NCBI GenBank assembly: GCA_028534125.1
Contig: CM052832.1
Coordinates: 9,302,001-9,366,000 of the forward strand
Direction of reading: 5' to 3'
DNA: 64,000 bases
Origin: Lama glama
Taxonomy: Eukaryota
A program made the translations under genes and the position numbers. Each line of letters starts with the position of its first letter. The first letter of the stretch is position 1. Below are positions 1 to 11,481 of this stretch, piece after piece. The notes under the pieces are model-generated. The model made no database searches and was not told where the DNA came from. It saw only the letters and a program-made list of their open reading frames with translations.

Positions 1-839
1 CACGTTCCACAGTCATGGCGCACGAGGAGGGGCGAGCGCGCGCCGCGGCGGCACCCGCGCCCCCTCCCCTCTCCTCCGCCGCCCAGCCCCTGCCCCTCTC
101 CTAGGCAACCTCCCTCCCTGGCCTGCTGCGCCGCGGAGATGGAGACCCCTCCCCAGAGGGCTGCAGTTCCAACGCTGTCTGCAGCACCCCCTCCCCGCCC
201 CCATCGGGGCGGAGGAATGGAGCCGCGCGCTTCGCGAACCTCCAGCCCCTTCCCGGGAGCCTCAGCCCCACCGAGGCCAGGGTGCAGTGGGGGGTAGGCG
301 CAGACCGTCTCCCCGTAGCCCACCTAGACCTTGGCATCTTTGCAACCCCTAAAATAATAAACAGAAACCCCAAAACCCAGTCTTTAGATTGCAAAGCGCG
401 TTACAGTAACCGGGACGGCTACGCAGGAAACAATCCTGCACTGGCCCGGGTCTCAGGCGGCAGCTTCCCGGCCACGCCGCCTTCTCCTGGGCCTCGATTT
501 TCCGGCCTTGCCAGAGAGTCGGCCACGCCCCGGGGCTGACAGGTCCCGTGCGGGGCCGCAACTCGGTCCGCGCCCCCGGCCCATCCTTATCCAGAGTCTC
601 GCCAGCCTACAAAAGGTGCAACCTCACGCACTTGCAGAGCACACAATTAAGGTCGGCAGCGCATCGCCGGGGAGGCTACGAACAATGCGCCGGGCGGCCG
701 GAGCCCGCCGGAGCGCGGCGCCCCGGGGGACAGGGGGCGCAGGCGGGGGCCGCGGCACAGGACCCGCCGGCCGCGGCGCTGGACACCTTACTTCCTGCTT
801 CCCCGCCCGCGGCCAGACCCAGCTCTGCGGAGGGATATC

Positions 840-1108
840 TCTCCCCTTCTCTGTCCCTCTCTTTCCCTTCCCCCGCACCCCCCTTTTTTGCTTCTGCCTC
901 CCCCCCCCTCCGCCTTTCTCCTTTTGCAAGAAAATAATTTGACAGTCGATTTGCTGACAGGGGAGGAATTTGCATCCTGGATTAAAAAAAAGGCCTAGAG
1001 GAGCTTGGGAACGGTTGCTAGGGGTGGGTAATGGGTGAAAAAAGGGGGGCACCGGGAGCGGATAAGGAGAGTTAAGGGAGGGGGCGAGGGTGGGGAGCAA
1101 TGCAAAAG
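840..1108 (+). other. Probable first exon (start approximate), ending at donor AAG|GTAAGG
   Basis: Near-consensus donor with GT at 1109-1110 inside the CpG island, after a pyrimidine-rich stretch. TSS not defined by sequence alone. Confidence 0.55.
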
Positions 1109-1230
1109 GTAAGGCCAGGTTACCGCGGCTCGGCCCCGAGTGGGCTGCGGCCGGGGGAGGGGCGAGAGATACATATGTATTTCTGTCTCCCTAGCACACC
1201 CCCTTCCCTCTAAGCGATGGCTGAGAGGCG

Positions 1231-1770
1231 GTGCATGCAGATGGGGAGTAAGTTTCCTGAAGGGGAGGGTGGATGCACGCGCGCGGCCCCGCGCTGCAAA
1301 TTTCCACCGGGGAGGGAGAGTGGCTGGATGCGGAGAGTTTGGAGTTGCTTGCTGCGGAGGGCAGGAGGGGGAACAGGGATGGGAAAGGGGGCTGGCGGGC
1401 ACTATATCTAGGAGTAAGTTTCCAGGATCGGGAGAGCCTGCACACTTGCTTGCTAGTAAGTTTCTGGCCGGGGAGGGCGCGTGGGGAGGAGGAGAGGGAG
1501 GGGTGCATGTATATATAAGGGGGGAGGGGGGAGCAGATTTCCTGCGGGGAGGCTGAATGCATATGGAGAGTAGATTTCCTGAAGGGAGGGTGGAGGCGTA
1601 GACGGACCGAGTAAGTTTCTTGCTGGGGTGGTGGCGGAGGTGGTGGGTTGGTGCTTTGGAAACCCGGAGCTTCCCGGGGTGGGGGAGCACGCTGTCGGGT
1701 GGAGGGGCGAAGGGCCAGGTTCCCTACTGGGGAGAGGGGTTTGCATCTGGGGAGTATGTTTCCTGGCGGA
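1231..1770 (+). repeat. Degenerate motif array, core GAGTAAGTTTCCTG (7 copies)
   Basis: Copies start at 1246, 1412, 1454, 1531, 1568, 1609 and 1752, most followed by a G-rich tail. Confidence 0.75.
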
Positions 1771-3100
1771 GCGATATTTGTTTACAGGCTGAGGGCAGTA
1801 CTGTAAGTGAGTATCGCTTCGAGAAGGCGGCTCTGACATAAATTAATATTGAAATTACTCTATCAGCTCTGCTCGCCCCCATCCCACCCCCACAAGCGGA
1901 GACTGGTCTTCTTGTTGGATTGCCCATGCACTTGTTGCAGAAACAGCCAAGGTAGGCCAGAAGCTTGTTAAGTTTCATTTTTAAAAAATTAGTTGGGGGA
2001 TGCTCCGTGAGAAGACGGGGGAGGGGAAAGGAAAAGTGGGGGGACGGAGAAGGAAAAGTCTCCCCCTACTTCTTCACTTTCTGTATGTTAGCAGAGCCTT
2101 CTCTCTGCTTCTCCTGACCCTCTTCCCTTTCTACGCTGCACAGCATCCCAGCAAAGGGGGAGGGGTGAGGTGGGAGCTATAATTGGCAGCCCCGGCTTAA
2201 AGGATGGTGGTGGCGGGGCTTGCGATTGAAGGTTATGATGTTATAAAGCCTTCATTCTTCCAGCCAAGAAACCGCAGGACCCTAGGGATATGCCTTTTGG
2301 GGTTTTTGACATTATACATATGTGTATGTATACGCTCCTGTGGGCTCTTTGGGGGCTGGGTACTCCCCAGAAGTTGAAGTGGCCACCCAGATAGGAGAAA
2401 TGTATAAGGGGATAAACCTGCCCCTTCACTCCCCAACTTCTGTTTGGGAGCCTGGGAAGTTACTGCTGTTGGGCCGAAGAAATAGATATTAAAAAAACAG
2501 CACAAAACCACCCATTCACTGGCAGAGGCCGAGAGCACCTGGCGGGCAGCCTCTGGCCAGCACTGGGCTAGAGCATGTGCGCCTGCCATCCTTAGGTTAA
2601 AAGAAAATGACTTCTGGTTCCTCCATGTGCCTTCAACCGGCCTGTTAGAGCCAGCTTTGTGGAAACTCTTCCCCACAGTAGACGCGGCTTTGGCAAGTGA
2701 ACGTGTTGAAGCGGTTTGCTAACAGCATGGCCCGGGCTGTCTACTGAAGTACATGGAAGTGATGCTTAAGAATGACGGATCCAGGAATGGCTGAAGAGTT
2801 CTTTAAACAAATGCCAGCTGTTCGTGCTTTTTAGCAGGCCATGGAGTGGAGCATTAAAAAAACAGTTTTAAGTTGTCCCAGTTGGTACCAACCTTCTGTA
2901 TCATTTACTGTCTCAAGGAAACAGTCTGGTGATGGAAAATGTGGTTTTGATGCTCGCTGGAAGCAGGAATATTCAGTGCTTAACTAGTTAACCAGCCCTC
3001 TTCGCTTCTCTGTACCTCTTCCTAGTTCTCAGCCTCCTGGTTTCTGCAGATGAGTTGTATGTCTTGGCTGTCGGGTACCTTTGTTATGCTCGGAGTTTTA

Positions 3101-3215
3101 TTTATTTATTTTCCTTAAATCGAAGTATGATTGTCATACAGCATTGTATTAGTTTCAGGTGTACAACATAGTGATTCGATATTTTTATACATTACTAAAT
3201 GATCACCACCATAAG
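3101..3215 (-). mobile_element. 5'-truncated L1 3' end with target-site duplication
   Basis: L1 3'UTR terminus (TTAGTTTCAGGTGTACAACATAGTGATT). TSD TATGCT(C/A)GGAGTTTTA at 3085-3100 and 3216-3231. Confidence 0.8.
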
Positions 3216-5924
3216 TATGCTAGGAGTTTTAACTTGGCCAGGATAATTTTAGCACCAGGGATTCAAACCCAGACATATTTAGTAGGGTCAGGGAGTAAAC
3301 ACTAGGCAGTGTTGTTAACTGAAGTTGGTTAAGCTTTCCGCAGTTCTGTAGACAGACTCAGTACTAGCAGAGGAAAAAATGGTTTAAAAAATGATCTCTT
3401 TACATGTTACTGATGGACAGTATTTTTTTTTTCCTTTCTTTCCTCTCATCAGATTTCCAGATTAAGGATTTGATATTTGGCAGCTTGAGAGTTGAGTTAG
3501 TTGGGAATTAAATATTACTGCCACTTATCAAATGTTCCTAACTAGGCATTAGTTCAACAATTTAGCTATTATTTTTCCCCTGCTGAAAATCTGAGTCTGG
3601 TTGATGTATATGCTAGGAAGGTAAACACAATCTTTACGTGTATTTATCCCAGGGTAGTGGAATTATTTACACATCTACCTTTGAAGACAAGAGCAGTCAT
3701 TCAGTTTTGTTTTGTTTTTTTCTATTTATGAAATTTATTTTATTGTCTTGCTCTGACCATTAATCAAGTCACAGTAGCTTTTTTTCCTCTTCTGCTAAGA
3801 ATGTTCTTGTGGTAATAAAGGTTGGAAGGCCCATGATTCATAATTCATTCTTTTAAAAATATTGTTAGGATTTGATTTATAGGAATTGATACCAGGAGTG
3901 ACACACCTCTTTGGGCCCCGCCCTTTTAAGCATGTCCATTTTCGCCAAAGAATTGTTTAAGAAGCCAGTCTGACATCTCAATAGAGAGCGTTTTTCTTCT
4001 GCTTTATGGGCAATGAGAACATTAATTTTGTAGGTTCCATGGTAAGCATGGGTCTTTTCACAGCTTGGTAAGCAGGCTTCCACATAGCAGGCATGTGTTA
4101 ATATCACATAGCATTTATGTAAGCTTGCTGTGAAAACAGTTGTTCTATGAACTGTGTGGAAAGTACTCAGTTTTGTCTCCTTGAACCCACTTGGGCCTGT
4201 GGTTTTTGTTGAGGGGGGAGCTTTACTTATAAAAGAGGGCTCAGACTGTAGTGTTATATAATCAAATATGTGGTCAAAAAAACAAAGCTTATTTAAAATA
4301 TATTTTTCTTCTGCTCTGATGGGTGGTTTGGTCATAGCAATCAAAAGCATCATTTTGGGGGGGGGGAAAGTATGAGGATTCTCCATAAAGTTGACTAATC
4401 ATAAAGTGTTAACATTGTCTTGTGTTCAGCAGTTGGCTCAGTTTACAGTATTTGTAAAGTGACAAAGAACTTTTAAGGTGGTTTGATTCTCAAGGCAGGG
4501 GGACAGCATCACTGGAAAGAAAAGTGGGGAGGATACCAGTGTCTAACCATTTCTGGGCTTCAGATTTTTTATTTTAAAAATACATAGTTTAATCGGTGAC
4601 TTCCGTCCGTCTCTGAAATTCTGGAGGGAGGTCCCAAGAGATCTTCACAGTCTGTCTCTTCCTGGGCCAACGGCCAGATTGCCTCATGGACTTGGGCGAG
4701 TTGATTAACTTCTCTTTTTGTCTTCTCATGGAAAGAGTGGATTTGTACCTTGGTATTCCAAAAAGGACTCTTGAGTGGCCCAGTAATCTTGACCGTTGAA
4801 CGAGGAAATACTTTTGAAACTCTGCCACTGTCCTGGGGAAAAAAAAGTGCATGGTTGAGTCCCAATTAGTTGTGCTAATAGAGAGCGGGGCACATAATCC
4901 CAGGCACCAAAAATAATTTCAGTTCATCTTGGACGTTTCCCCTCCAGCCAGCTGGTTCACCTGCCTAATTATGCCTGGTCAAGTCTAAGGTTAATTGAGC
5001 TGTTATTCCCAGGCAGCAGGAGTACATAGTCCTGGGAGCGGTGGGAGACCAGAAAGCCTAGTGTGGCCTTACCCACTTTCAGTGGAGAATTCACACGTGG
5101 ATAATTGGGATTTGGTCATATGTTTGTGGTAAGTTTCATATTAGTGATACTGTATTACTGATACTTCTGTGATATCATATATTTCACCATGGGCATTTTG
5201 GGGGGAAAGTTCTTGATGTGTTTATTGACTTTGAACTTTGACACGAAAAGTAGTCAATCCAGACAAGTGGCTCAAACCCTGAGCAGTACAGATGGATGCT
5301 GATTGTTTTGCTCTAAAAGCAGTTGAATTCAACCCGTTTTATTTCTGACCTCATAAAACTGTGTGATTTAGGGAGGAAAATCAGCTGGAATCTTGTGGAT
5401 TAATATTTCTTAATTGGCATGTAGGAGGGGAACCAATGAAGTCAAGGAGAAACTAAAACATAGCTGATTTCTTTTGTGGGGAGGGGACAAGAGCAGCTGG
5501 ATTCCAGATATTGGGATGTTTTTTCACCAAGTTTGCTGTGGCATCTTAAGAAATAATATAGTCCTGGGTAACATGGTTTGCTCCCATGACTCTCTTAATA
5601 AACCTTTTCTTCTGGGTTAAAGAAAATAAGCAATAAAAAGTGTCTGTGATATTTTCTAAAGCTTTTTAACTTCCCAGGGCAGCTGCTTGTAGGGTCTTCT
5701 GGTTAATTTGAGTTTACTGAAGAAACATGATTTTTGCTTTTTCCTCATGAAAGACAAGCTCGAGATGGGCGGGATATGCTGAGCTATTGGGCTGTTGATT
5801 CAGCAACGTTAAAAAATTTTTTTTGTTAGAGAGGAAGGGGAAAAAGAACCTGTATGCCTAAATGGGAGTGATAACCCCTCAGGGCTCCCAGGAGGTTAAC
5901 AGTTATTTTCATGCTGTAACCAGA

Positions 5925-6900
5925 TCTGGTTTATTCATGCGTCCATTTGGCAGTGACTTATTGAGCACCTACTGTTTGCTCAGCACTGTGTTAACGCCCT
6001 GGGTATACGTTAATAATTCAAACAGATGTAATCATCTTCCTCTACCATTCCCCACCCTGCCACCTAGCCTACAGTCCAGAAGGGAGGCAGAAAGTAAAGA
6101 AGTATAATACTGTAAAGTGCAATAAATGATCTGATGAAACCACAGGGAGCAGTGACCTGGACTTTCTTAGTTAAAGTAGCCTAGTAAAAGGCTCTCTGAG
6201 GACTGGGGATGGGGGAAGACAGAGCATCAGGCAGAGAGAGGAGAGCCTGGGTGGAAGGACTTTGGTCCCCTTGAGGGGACTAAAAAGAAGCACAGGTGGA
6301 CAAGGTAGAGGGGGAGAGGGCAGCATGAGACGACAGTGCAGGACTCTGGAGACTTGGAAAGGTTTGGGTTTCATTTGAAGTGGAGTAGGAAGCGACTGAA
6401 AGTTTGCAGTGTTAAGTGACACCCCCTAACTCATATTTAAGGGGATGGCCTGGAGGGAGAGGGGCAGGTGTGGAATTGGGGAGCAGTAAAAAGGTGTTTG
6501 GAGCAGGCCAGGTAAGGAGGTGACAGGAGGTGAATGGAGCGGGGCAGGTGCATGTGAGAGGCCTATTAGCAGTTGAATGGGCAGGGCTTGCTGAGGGATT
6601 TGGTGGAGAGTTGGGGGGAGGAATCTAATAACTGAGGTTTCTGGCTGGAGCAGTTGGGTAGATATGGGTGGTGCTCTTTGCTGGATGGGGAAGAGGGAGA
6701 GTGAAGGGCACACCACTAAGTTTGACATGCCTATTAGACTCAAGGTGGAGGTGTTAAGCTTGCAATCTGATAAGAGCATCCAGAGCCAGAGGAATGGCCC
6801 GGCAAGAGATAAAAATGTGCAAACCATCAGCCAGGGGTTGGTATTTAAATCCAGGAGACTAGGTGTGGTGCTCTAAGGAGCATGTAGAGAGAGAAGAAAT

Positions 6901-6951
<51 letters not shown>

Positions 6952-7280
6952 ATAGGGGATTGTAAATGTTGCATGAGGTTAGGGCCAGAAAAGTCACCAC
7001 TGTATTTGCCAATATGGAAGCCATTGGTGACTCGCAAGGAAGTTTGAGTGGAGTGATGGATGGGTCAGAGCAAGATTGGAGGGGCCTGGGAAGGGAATAG
7101 GAGGTGAAGACCTGGGAATAGCATGTGTAGACAACTTTTTGACAAAGTTTGTTTGTGGAAGGGGACTGAGAAATGGAGGGGACTGGAAGGACATTTGTGT
7201 GAAGGGAAGGGATTCTGGAGGGGTGCTGCCGGTGTATTTGTGTGATGATGGAAAGATCAGTGGAGAAAGTGATTGATCAA
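5925..7280 (-). mobile_element. L2 LINE remnant
   Basis: L2 3' end signature TTATTGAGCACCTACTG...AGCACTGTG, then purine-rich L2 body (TTTGACATGCCTATTAGAC...GTGGAGGTGTT). Confidence 0.7.
6903..6949. repeat. (TG)n microsatellite
   Basis: Perfect GT run of about 23 units. Confidence 0.95.
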
Positions 7281-7293
7281 GAGCAGTGGGTTG

Positions 7294-7432
7294 AAGGAGA
7301 GTACAGCTCAGCCGTAGAGCGCGTGCTTAGCATTCATGAGGTCCTGGGTTCAATCCCCTGTACTGCCGTTAAAAATAAATAAATAGATAAACAAACAAAT
7401 AAACCTAACCCCCCCCCAAAAAAAGCAAAGAA
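7294..7432 (+). mobile_element. Vic-1-type tRNA-Ala-derived SINE
   Basis: A/B boxes, GCTTAGCAT anticodon region, A-rich tail. Perfect 15-bp TSD AAGAGCAGTGGGTTG (7279-7293, 7433-7447). Confidence 0.88.
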
Positions 7433-8104
7433 AAGAGCAGTGGGTTGGGTCAGCTGAGCAAAGCCCTTGAGAAGGTCTGTGGGGAAGATCTGGCCTTGGC
7501 CAGGGGAGGGACACTTCCTTCATGATGACAGGAGGGAAGATTGAAGAAGAGTGAAGGTGCAGGTGAGGGAAAGGTGCAAGAGCGGCGGTGCTGGGGTGGC
7601 AATGGGCTCTGTCTCTCCAGGCTGGGGCCACACTGTCCTTGAGCAGGGGTTTGGGCTCAGGACTTGCCACCAGCCAGAGACTGCAAGGGTTAAGATTGCA
7701 TCACTAAATTGTACTGCATTTTTCTGAACATTTGACTGCATTACTGAACAGTACAGAGGCAAGACCGGATTCTTTTGCTTGGGGAGAAGAATCTTCAGTT
7801 AAAGTAATCTGGGCCTCATATTAGATGTAATTGAAAACTATGATTGGAAAAAGACATCTCTGATTTTCAGCCCTGTTCAAAAGTTGGTGGGCACTATGGC
7901 TTACATTTTGAGCAAGAAAAAATAAACAGTGACAACAACAACAAAAAAACCGGCTAAATTGCTGCTTCTCCTCCAGGCTGCCTTTCACAAAAATATGCCA
8001 TAGACTGTCCAGCCAACCCTGGTGGCCCGACCGTGGGGTCTGTAGGGCAGGTGAGCGCTTGAGGAGAGAGTCGGGAGGCATGGGTTGGGGTCCAGCTTCG
8101 TCGG

Positions 8105-8240
8105 ATGACTCTGGACAAAATCATCCCCAGAGTCTGTCTTCACATCTATAAAAAGAGGGTGATGCCATCTGCCGCCTCTTCTCTGAGAGTTGTGAGGACG
8201 GCATCAGATAATGTACACAAAGCGCGATGTAAACTGTAAG
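8105..8240 (+). mobile_element. MIR/MIR3-like SINE fragment
   Basis: Degenerate core CATCTATAAAA...GTTGTGAGGA...GATAATGTA...TGTAAACTGTAA. Confidence 0.5.
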
Positions 8241-8829
8241 AGGTGTCGGGTACAGGCGGCGGCGAGGTGCCCTGATCTTCAGCCGATCTCCTTTTCCGAT
8301 ATGAAACCTGACAACCAGAGAAAAACTTCCCTCCATTCCCCAAAGCTTCTTCCAAGAACCCTGTTCACCATGACCTCTTGCAGTCTTGTTCCCTCCTGGT
8401 AACCACCGTCTATTTGGGATTTCGGGTCCTCTGTGATTTCTTTTAGTGAAATTGCTCTTACTGCTGGAAAGCTGGCATCAGAAAGGCTGGCTGTGAAATG
8501 CCAGTCTGTATAGGTTCACACTCTGATTCCATATATAGCATTTGAAACCTGCCCATGCCAGGGGCCAAATGGACTTGGCTTGTGAACTGAGTGCACGGGA
8601 ACTTTGAACCCACCCATTAACCCTTACTGTGGTCCAGGGGTCTTAGCAGTCTTCACTTGCCTTCTGAATTTGTTTTGCAAATGAAGACTGTTCTATAAAG
8701 CTGAATCTACCTAAAAACTGTTCTTAGCCCTTAGTCTTACTGTCTATGCTGGAAAATCATTTCTAGTTTTAAAAACCATCCAGTGCTTTTTACTAATCGG
8801 ACCCCTGGCCTCTGCCTGAGGGTGAGGCT

Positions 8830-8945
8830 TTATTTTTTTTAAATTAATTTTTGTTATGAGAAAACTTGAAACCCAGTAAAGCAGACGAGCTAGTATAATA
8901 AACTCCACGGTACCCATCACCCCGATTCAGCGGTTAGTGAGATTT
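8830..8945 (-). mobile_element. Old L1 (L1MC-like) 3' end fragment
   Basis: T-rich start followed by TAGTATAATAAACTCC...TACCCATCACCC, typical of L1M 3' termini. Confidence 0.5.
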
Positions 8946-9164
8946 TGTACACCTGTGGAGAAGAGGACGTTTTCCTGTATTTGTATAATAAATATCAGTT
9001 GTCAGGTTTTTGAGAGATCAGTGGAACTGATATCAATTTGGTTTCATAGAGGGAAGAAAATATCAACGAAAAATCAGAGAGAGGAAATGGATGACGTCAT
9101 TGTAATAACTCATGTTTACCTCGCATTTTATAGGTCCAAAGCCTCTTTGGCATGTCTTATTTTA

Positions 9165-9285
9165 ACTATCTTGCAGCAACCATAGGAGGTAGATATTATT
9201 CTCATTTTATAGCTCAGGAAAGTGAGGCTCAAGAAGTAGAATTGAAAAAAGCTAAAAAAGTGATTAACCCAGAGTCACATGTCCA
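9165..9285 (-). mobile_element. MIR SINE fragment
   Basis: CATTTTATAG...GGAAAGTGAGGCTCA core in reverse orientation. Confidence 0.65.
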
Positions 9286-11327
9286 GCCAGCATCCAAAGC
9301 CCTCGTTTAATGCCAGAATTTGAATGGTCTCCAAATTTTGTGCACTTTCGGAGACATAATGCTGTCTAGAATTAAATAAGAATTGTGGTACAGAATGTAT
9401 GCAGAGGATCAGGGCAACCAGGAGGATCATTTGGGAATTTTGGGCTTAGAACTCCAATGACCTTAGTTGGAAATACTCAGATGATTTAAGCGTGTTTGGT
9501 GCATTACAGTTTTCAAAACACTTGAATCGTCTGGCTCATTCTGGAGCACATAGCTTTAAGGCCACCTTACAATTAAAGCCAAAACTTGACTTCAAGTGAT
9601 CCAGTGGCTATTCTCCATCAGCCTCCTACTCTCAGCCCTGTCCCTTCTCTGGGGCTCCTGCATGATCATTTCTATAGTGTGTGGCTTTTAGTCTCCAGGC
9701 TCCGGTGTTGAACACACTGGGCCCCCGAGCAGGTCACTGCCTCCGGAAGCTTCCTGAGGGCCCCTCGGGGTCTTTGTCATCACTGAGGCTGTAACAGAGG
9801 CTGCTCTGAGGGCCTCTCCTCATCTTTGGGAAACTGCTTCCAATCCAGGCCGACCTCTTTGAAAGATTTTTTAAAAAGGAAAAGAAAAAAAATGGAGTCA
9901 ATGCCCAAGGAGTTTTAATAGGAGTGTGGTTGGAGTTCCCTCAGTTATTGTCACAATGGGAGATACCAAACTCCCTTAAAATTCAGCTGAAGGCTACCGT
10001 AATGAATGAGCTGGCTCTCAAGTGAAGGGACTTGATCACTTCTCTGTTTTAATTGGCTGAACACATGTAAACTGAGGGGTTTTCATAGGGGGCCGTGGAA
10101 GAAGGTAAGGACATTCAGGGGCCTCTTTCCTTTTGAAGAGTCTGAGCTTCTTTAGAGACAGGCATGGAATTCAGACCATTTCATGGTGTGGACACTCGTT
10201 CCTTAAGTCTTTCTTGAGGGCTCTGTGCGCCTGGTCGCGGGCCAGGCTGTGGGGTGGGTGGGAGGGAGATGCACTTGGGCTCCTGCAGCTCTGGCTCATG
10301 GGGCTGTTGTCATCCTTACCTCGGGGCGTGCCTCTCACTCCTTCTCCACTGCCCTGGGGAGGGCCGAACTGGGTCATCACTCAGTTTTGCACCCGCAGCA
10401 CCTCGCACAGGGCTGGCGCTAGTTAGCACAGTGTAAATGCTTACTGATGAAAGAATCAGCGGCTTTGTTGTTTCGGTTTTGCCTCTGGTTCTCTCCTCAT
10501 TGGTTCTTGTTGGAAGGAGTAATCCAGGCCTCTCTGCCACCAGGGTCATCCCTTGCAGACTGAAGGAGACCAGAGAAATGTTTCCTTCCCCCTTGCCTTT
10601 CTGGCCTGGCAGGCTTTAGCTGGGGTGGTTTAACTGAGCTCTCAAATGCAAATGTGGCCCCATCCCCCATCTCTTTTAATAAGTGATATTTTGTTAAATC
10701 AGTTATTCAAGGCCTTATCTATATTTCTGTCTGTGCTGGCTTAGTCAAAATAGGAAAGGGTGAATATTAGATTTCTTCACCCGTCTACCCCCCCTTCCCT
10801 CTCCTTTGAGCAACTCTACGTAAGATTTCTGATAGGGGAGGGGTGATGTGTCCTTGAAGAAGTAAATGCTGCCTGCAGAAAAAGATGTGGAGGGCTTTGA
10901 CTTGTAGCGAATGCTGTTTTTCAGCAGCTGTGATTTTTCCATTTTTCTTTTTCTTTCTGTTTTGATTAGTGGAACTCATTGTGCTCCAGGGTTGGGATTG
11001 CGTTGGGGGAGGGTGCGGAGGGAGCAGCATTTACTGGGAGAGCTCGAGTTGGGGAGGAGGAAGGAGAGAAGGGATTTATTGAAAATATATGTCTACTTCT
11101 GCCATGATAAAGCAGCAGGCATGTACAAATGCAACGGGGAAATCATTATTGTGGTAATGTAGGCAGAGCTCTGCTTTCTCATTAACAGAGCTTAACCCAC
11201 GTGGAGGAGGGGGCTGCTGGGCTGCTTTGAGAGTTGGGGGATTCAATAATAGCAAAAACTCAGGGGATTGTCCCCCTCCCCCCTGCTCGCCCCCTCCAGC
11301 TGCCTTCTCCTTTCTTTCTCCACTCAG

Positions 11328-11481
11328 TTTGTAACCTTCTTAAAGCTGCTTGTTGGATTTCATGGTCCCTTCCCCCCCCCCGCCCCCCCTCCAGTTGCTG
11401 TGAGGACTGTTTAATTTTTTAAAGTTGGAGGGAATTAAAATAAATTTTCTCTTGGGAACTCGAGATTTTTGGCAACGCCCG
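11328..11481 (+). other. Candidate non-coding exon, or 3' part of an alternative first exon
   Basis: Long polypyrimidine tract plus CAG acceptor (AG 11326-11327) and donor CCG|GTGAGT (GT 11482-11483), in repeat-free sequence. Confidence 0.4.

Larger units (their letters stand above)
1..1850. promoter_or_regulatory. CpG island / promoter of a gene transcribed on the + strand
   Basis: Very high GC and CpG density, ETS site ACTTCCTG (790-797), octamer ATTTGCAT (968-975). The + strand switches from C-rich to G-rich near 930-960 and a strong 5' splice site follows. Confidence 0.85.

Noticed and set aside
840..1108. Assigning a gene symbol to the promoter
   Set aside because: I do not recognise the exon with enough certainty and there is no coding sequence to confirm it.
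1246..1765. CRISPR-like repeat/spacer reading of the motif array
   Set aside because: Mammalian context, degenerate 14-nt cores, irregular spacing and no cas genes.
13..1841. Many overlapping ORFs of 60-231 aa in the CpG island
   Set aside because: Pro/Gly/Arg-rich products expected from stop-poor GC-rich DNA, on both strands, with no recognisable domain.
3877..4386. 169-aa minus-strand ORF
   Set aside because: No recognisable homology and no supporting promoter or splice context; would need BLASTP or Ribo-seq to revive.
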